This document shows, in pieces, positions 43,851 through 44,328 of a stretch of 44,328 nt of DNA. The notes beneath the pieces were generated by a model, which was not told where the DNA came from, did no database searches, and was given only the letters and a program-made list of their open reading frames with translations. This DNA is from Folioceros fuciformis (taxonomy: Eukaryota). The stretch is taken from assembly GCA_049999805.1 (NCBI GenBank), contig JBNGIO010006370.1:1-44328 (forward strand). The letters are read 5' to 3'. Numbering within the stretch: position 1 is the stretch's first letter; every line of letters begins with the position of its first letter. The position numbers and the translations under genes were made by a program.

Positions 43851-44328
43851 TGTGCTTATTTATGATGTTTGTTTTTGTCACATAGTTATCACAAATTTGA
43901 GCAATTTACGATGGCGGATTTATTGCGAAAAATTGTGATATGTATGTCATAAAAATATTGTGCTTAGCAAAAAAACAAGAATCATTAGAACCATTCCCGT
44001 TCTTCATTCTGTCCTGCGAAACATCTAGTACCAACAAAACGGTTAGTTAGTTCAAAGTCAGATTGTACTCTCAAGAGTGCACATGGCCGTGTAATGTCAA
44101 TTCAAGACCAAGCATATGAAAGGAGCATAAGACAAGCCTCGGCCCATTTTCACTGCAGATTCCATCAACCCATTTCTTCTCCAACAAAAAAATTCTTCCT
44201 CTAGATCTTGGTTGTGAATTATATATAAATCTGGATAAACCAACTGGATAAATCCACACATCAACTGTAAGCGACCAAGGGCACATAGCAACAATCGCAT
44301 AATCAAGGCAATCTTCGTTCTTTTGTGT

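Noticed and set aside
44071-44328. Short minus-strand ORFs at the right edge
   Set aside because: No identifiable homology, and truncated by the window.

Overview
Eukaryotic nuclear DNA from a seed-free land plant, most likely a hornwort. This is inferred from PPR editing factors of the DYW:KP type ending in GRP, plus TTTAGGG telomere motifs. Left end (753-6383, minus strand): a disrupted TORNADO1-like LRR-ROC-COR gene whose C-terminus is an animal-type caspase domain (p20+p10, His/Cys dyad intact, NACRG motif), joined to COR in one uninterrupted ORF. From about 6.5 to 15 kb: repeats and transposon remnants, including a split and inverted Ty1/copia element, a ~519-bp tandem array bracketed by telomeric repeats, and non-LTR fragments. 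From 15 to 40 kb: a cluster of five apparently intact and two decayed intronless PLS-class PPR-DYW:KP genes (candidate U-to-C organellar RNA editors). Six of them carry an N-terminal segment resembling the PDF ssDNA-binding motif of OSB proteins. An intronless ALDH6B (methylmalonate-semialdehyde dehydrogenase) gene sits inside the cluster. Right end: a MITE-like foldback, a GNAT acetyltransferase ORF, and a kinase pseudogene interrupted by a retroelement remnant. All homology calls are by motif recognition; no database searches were run.
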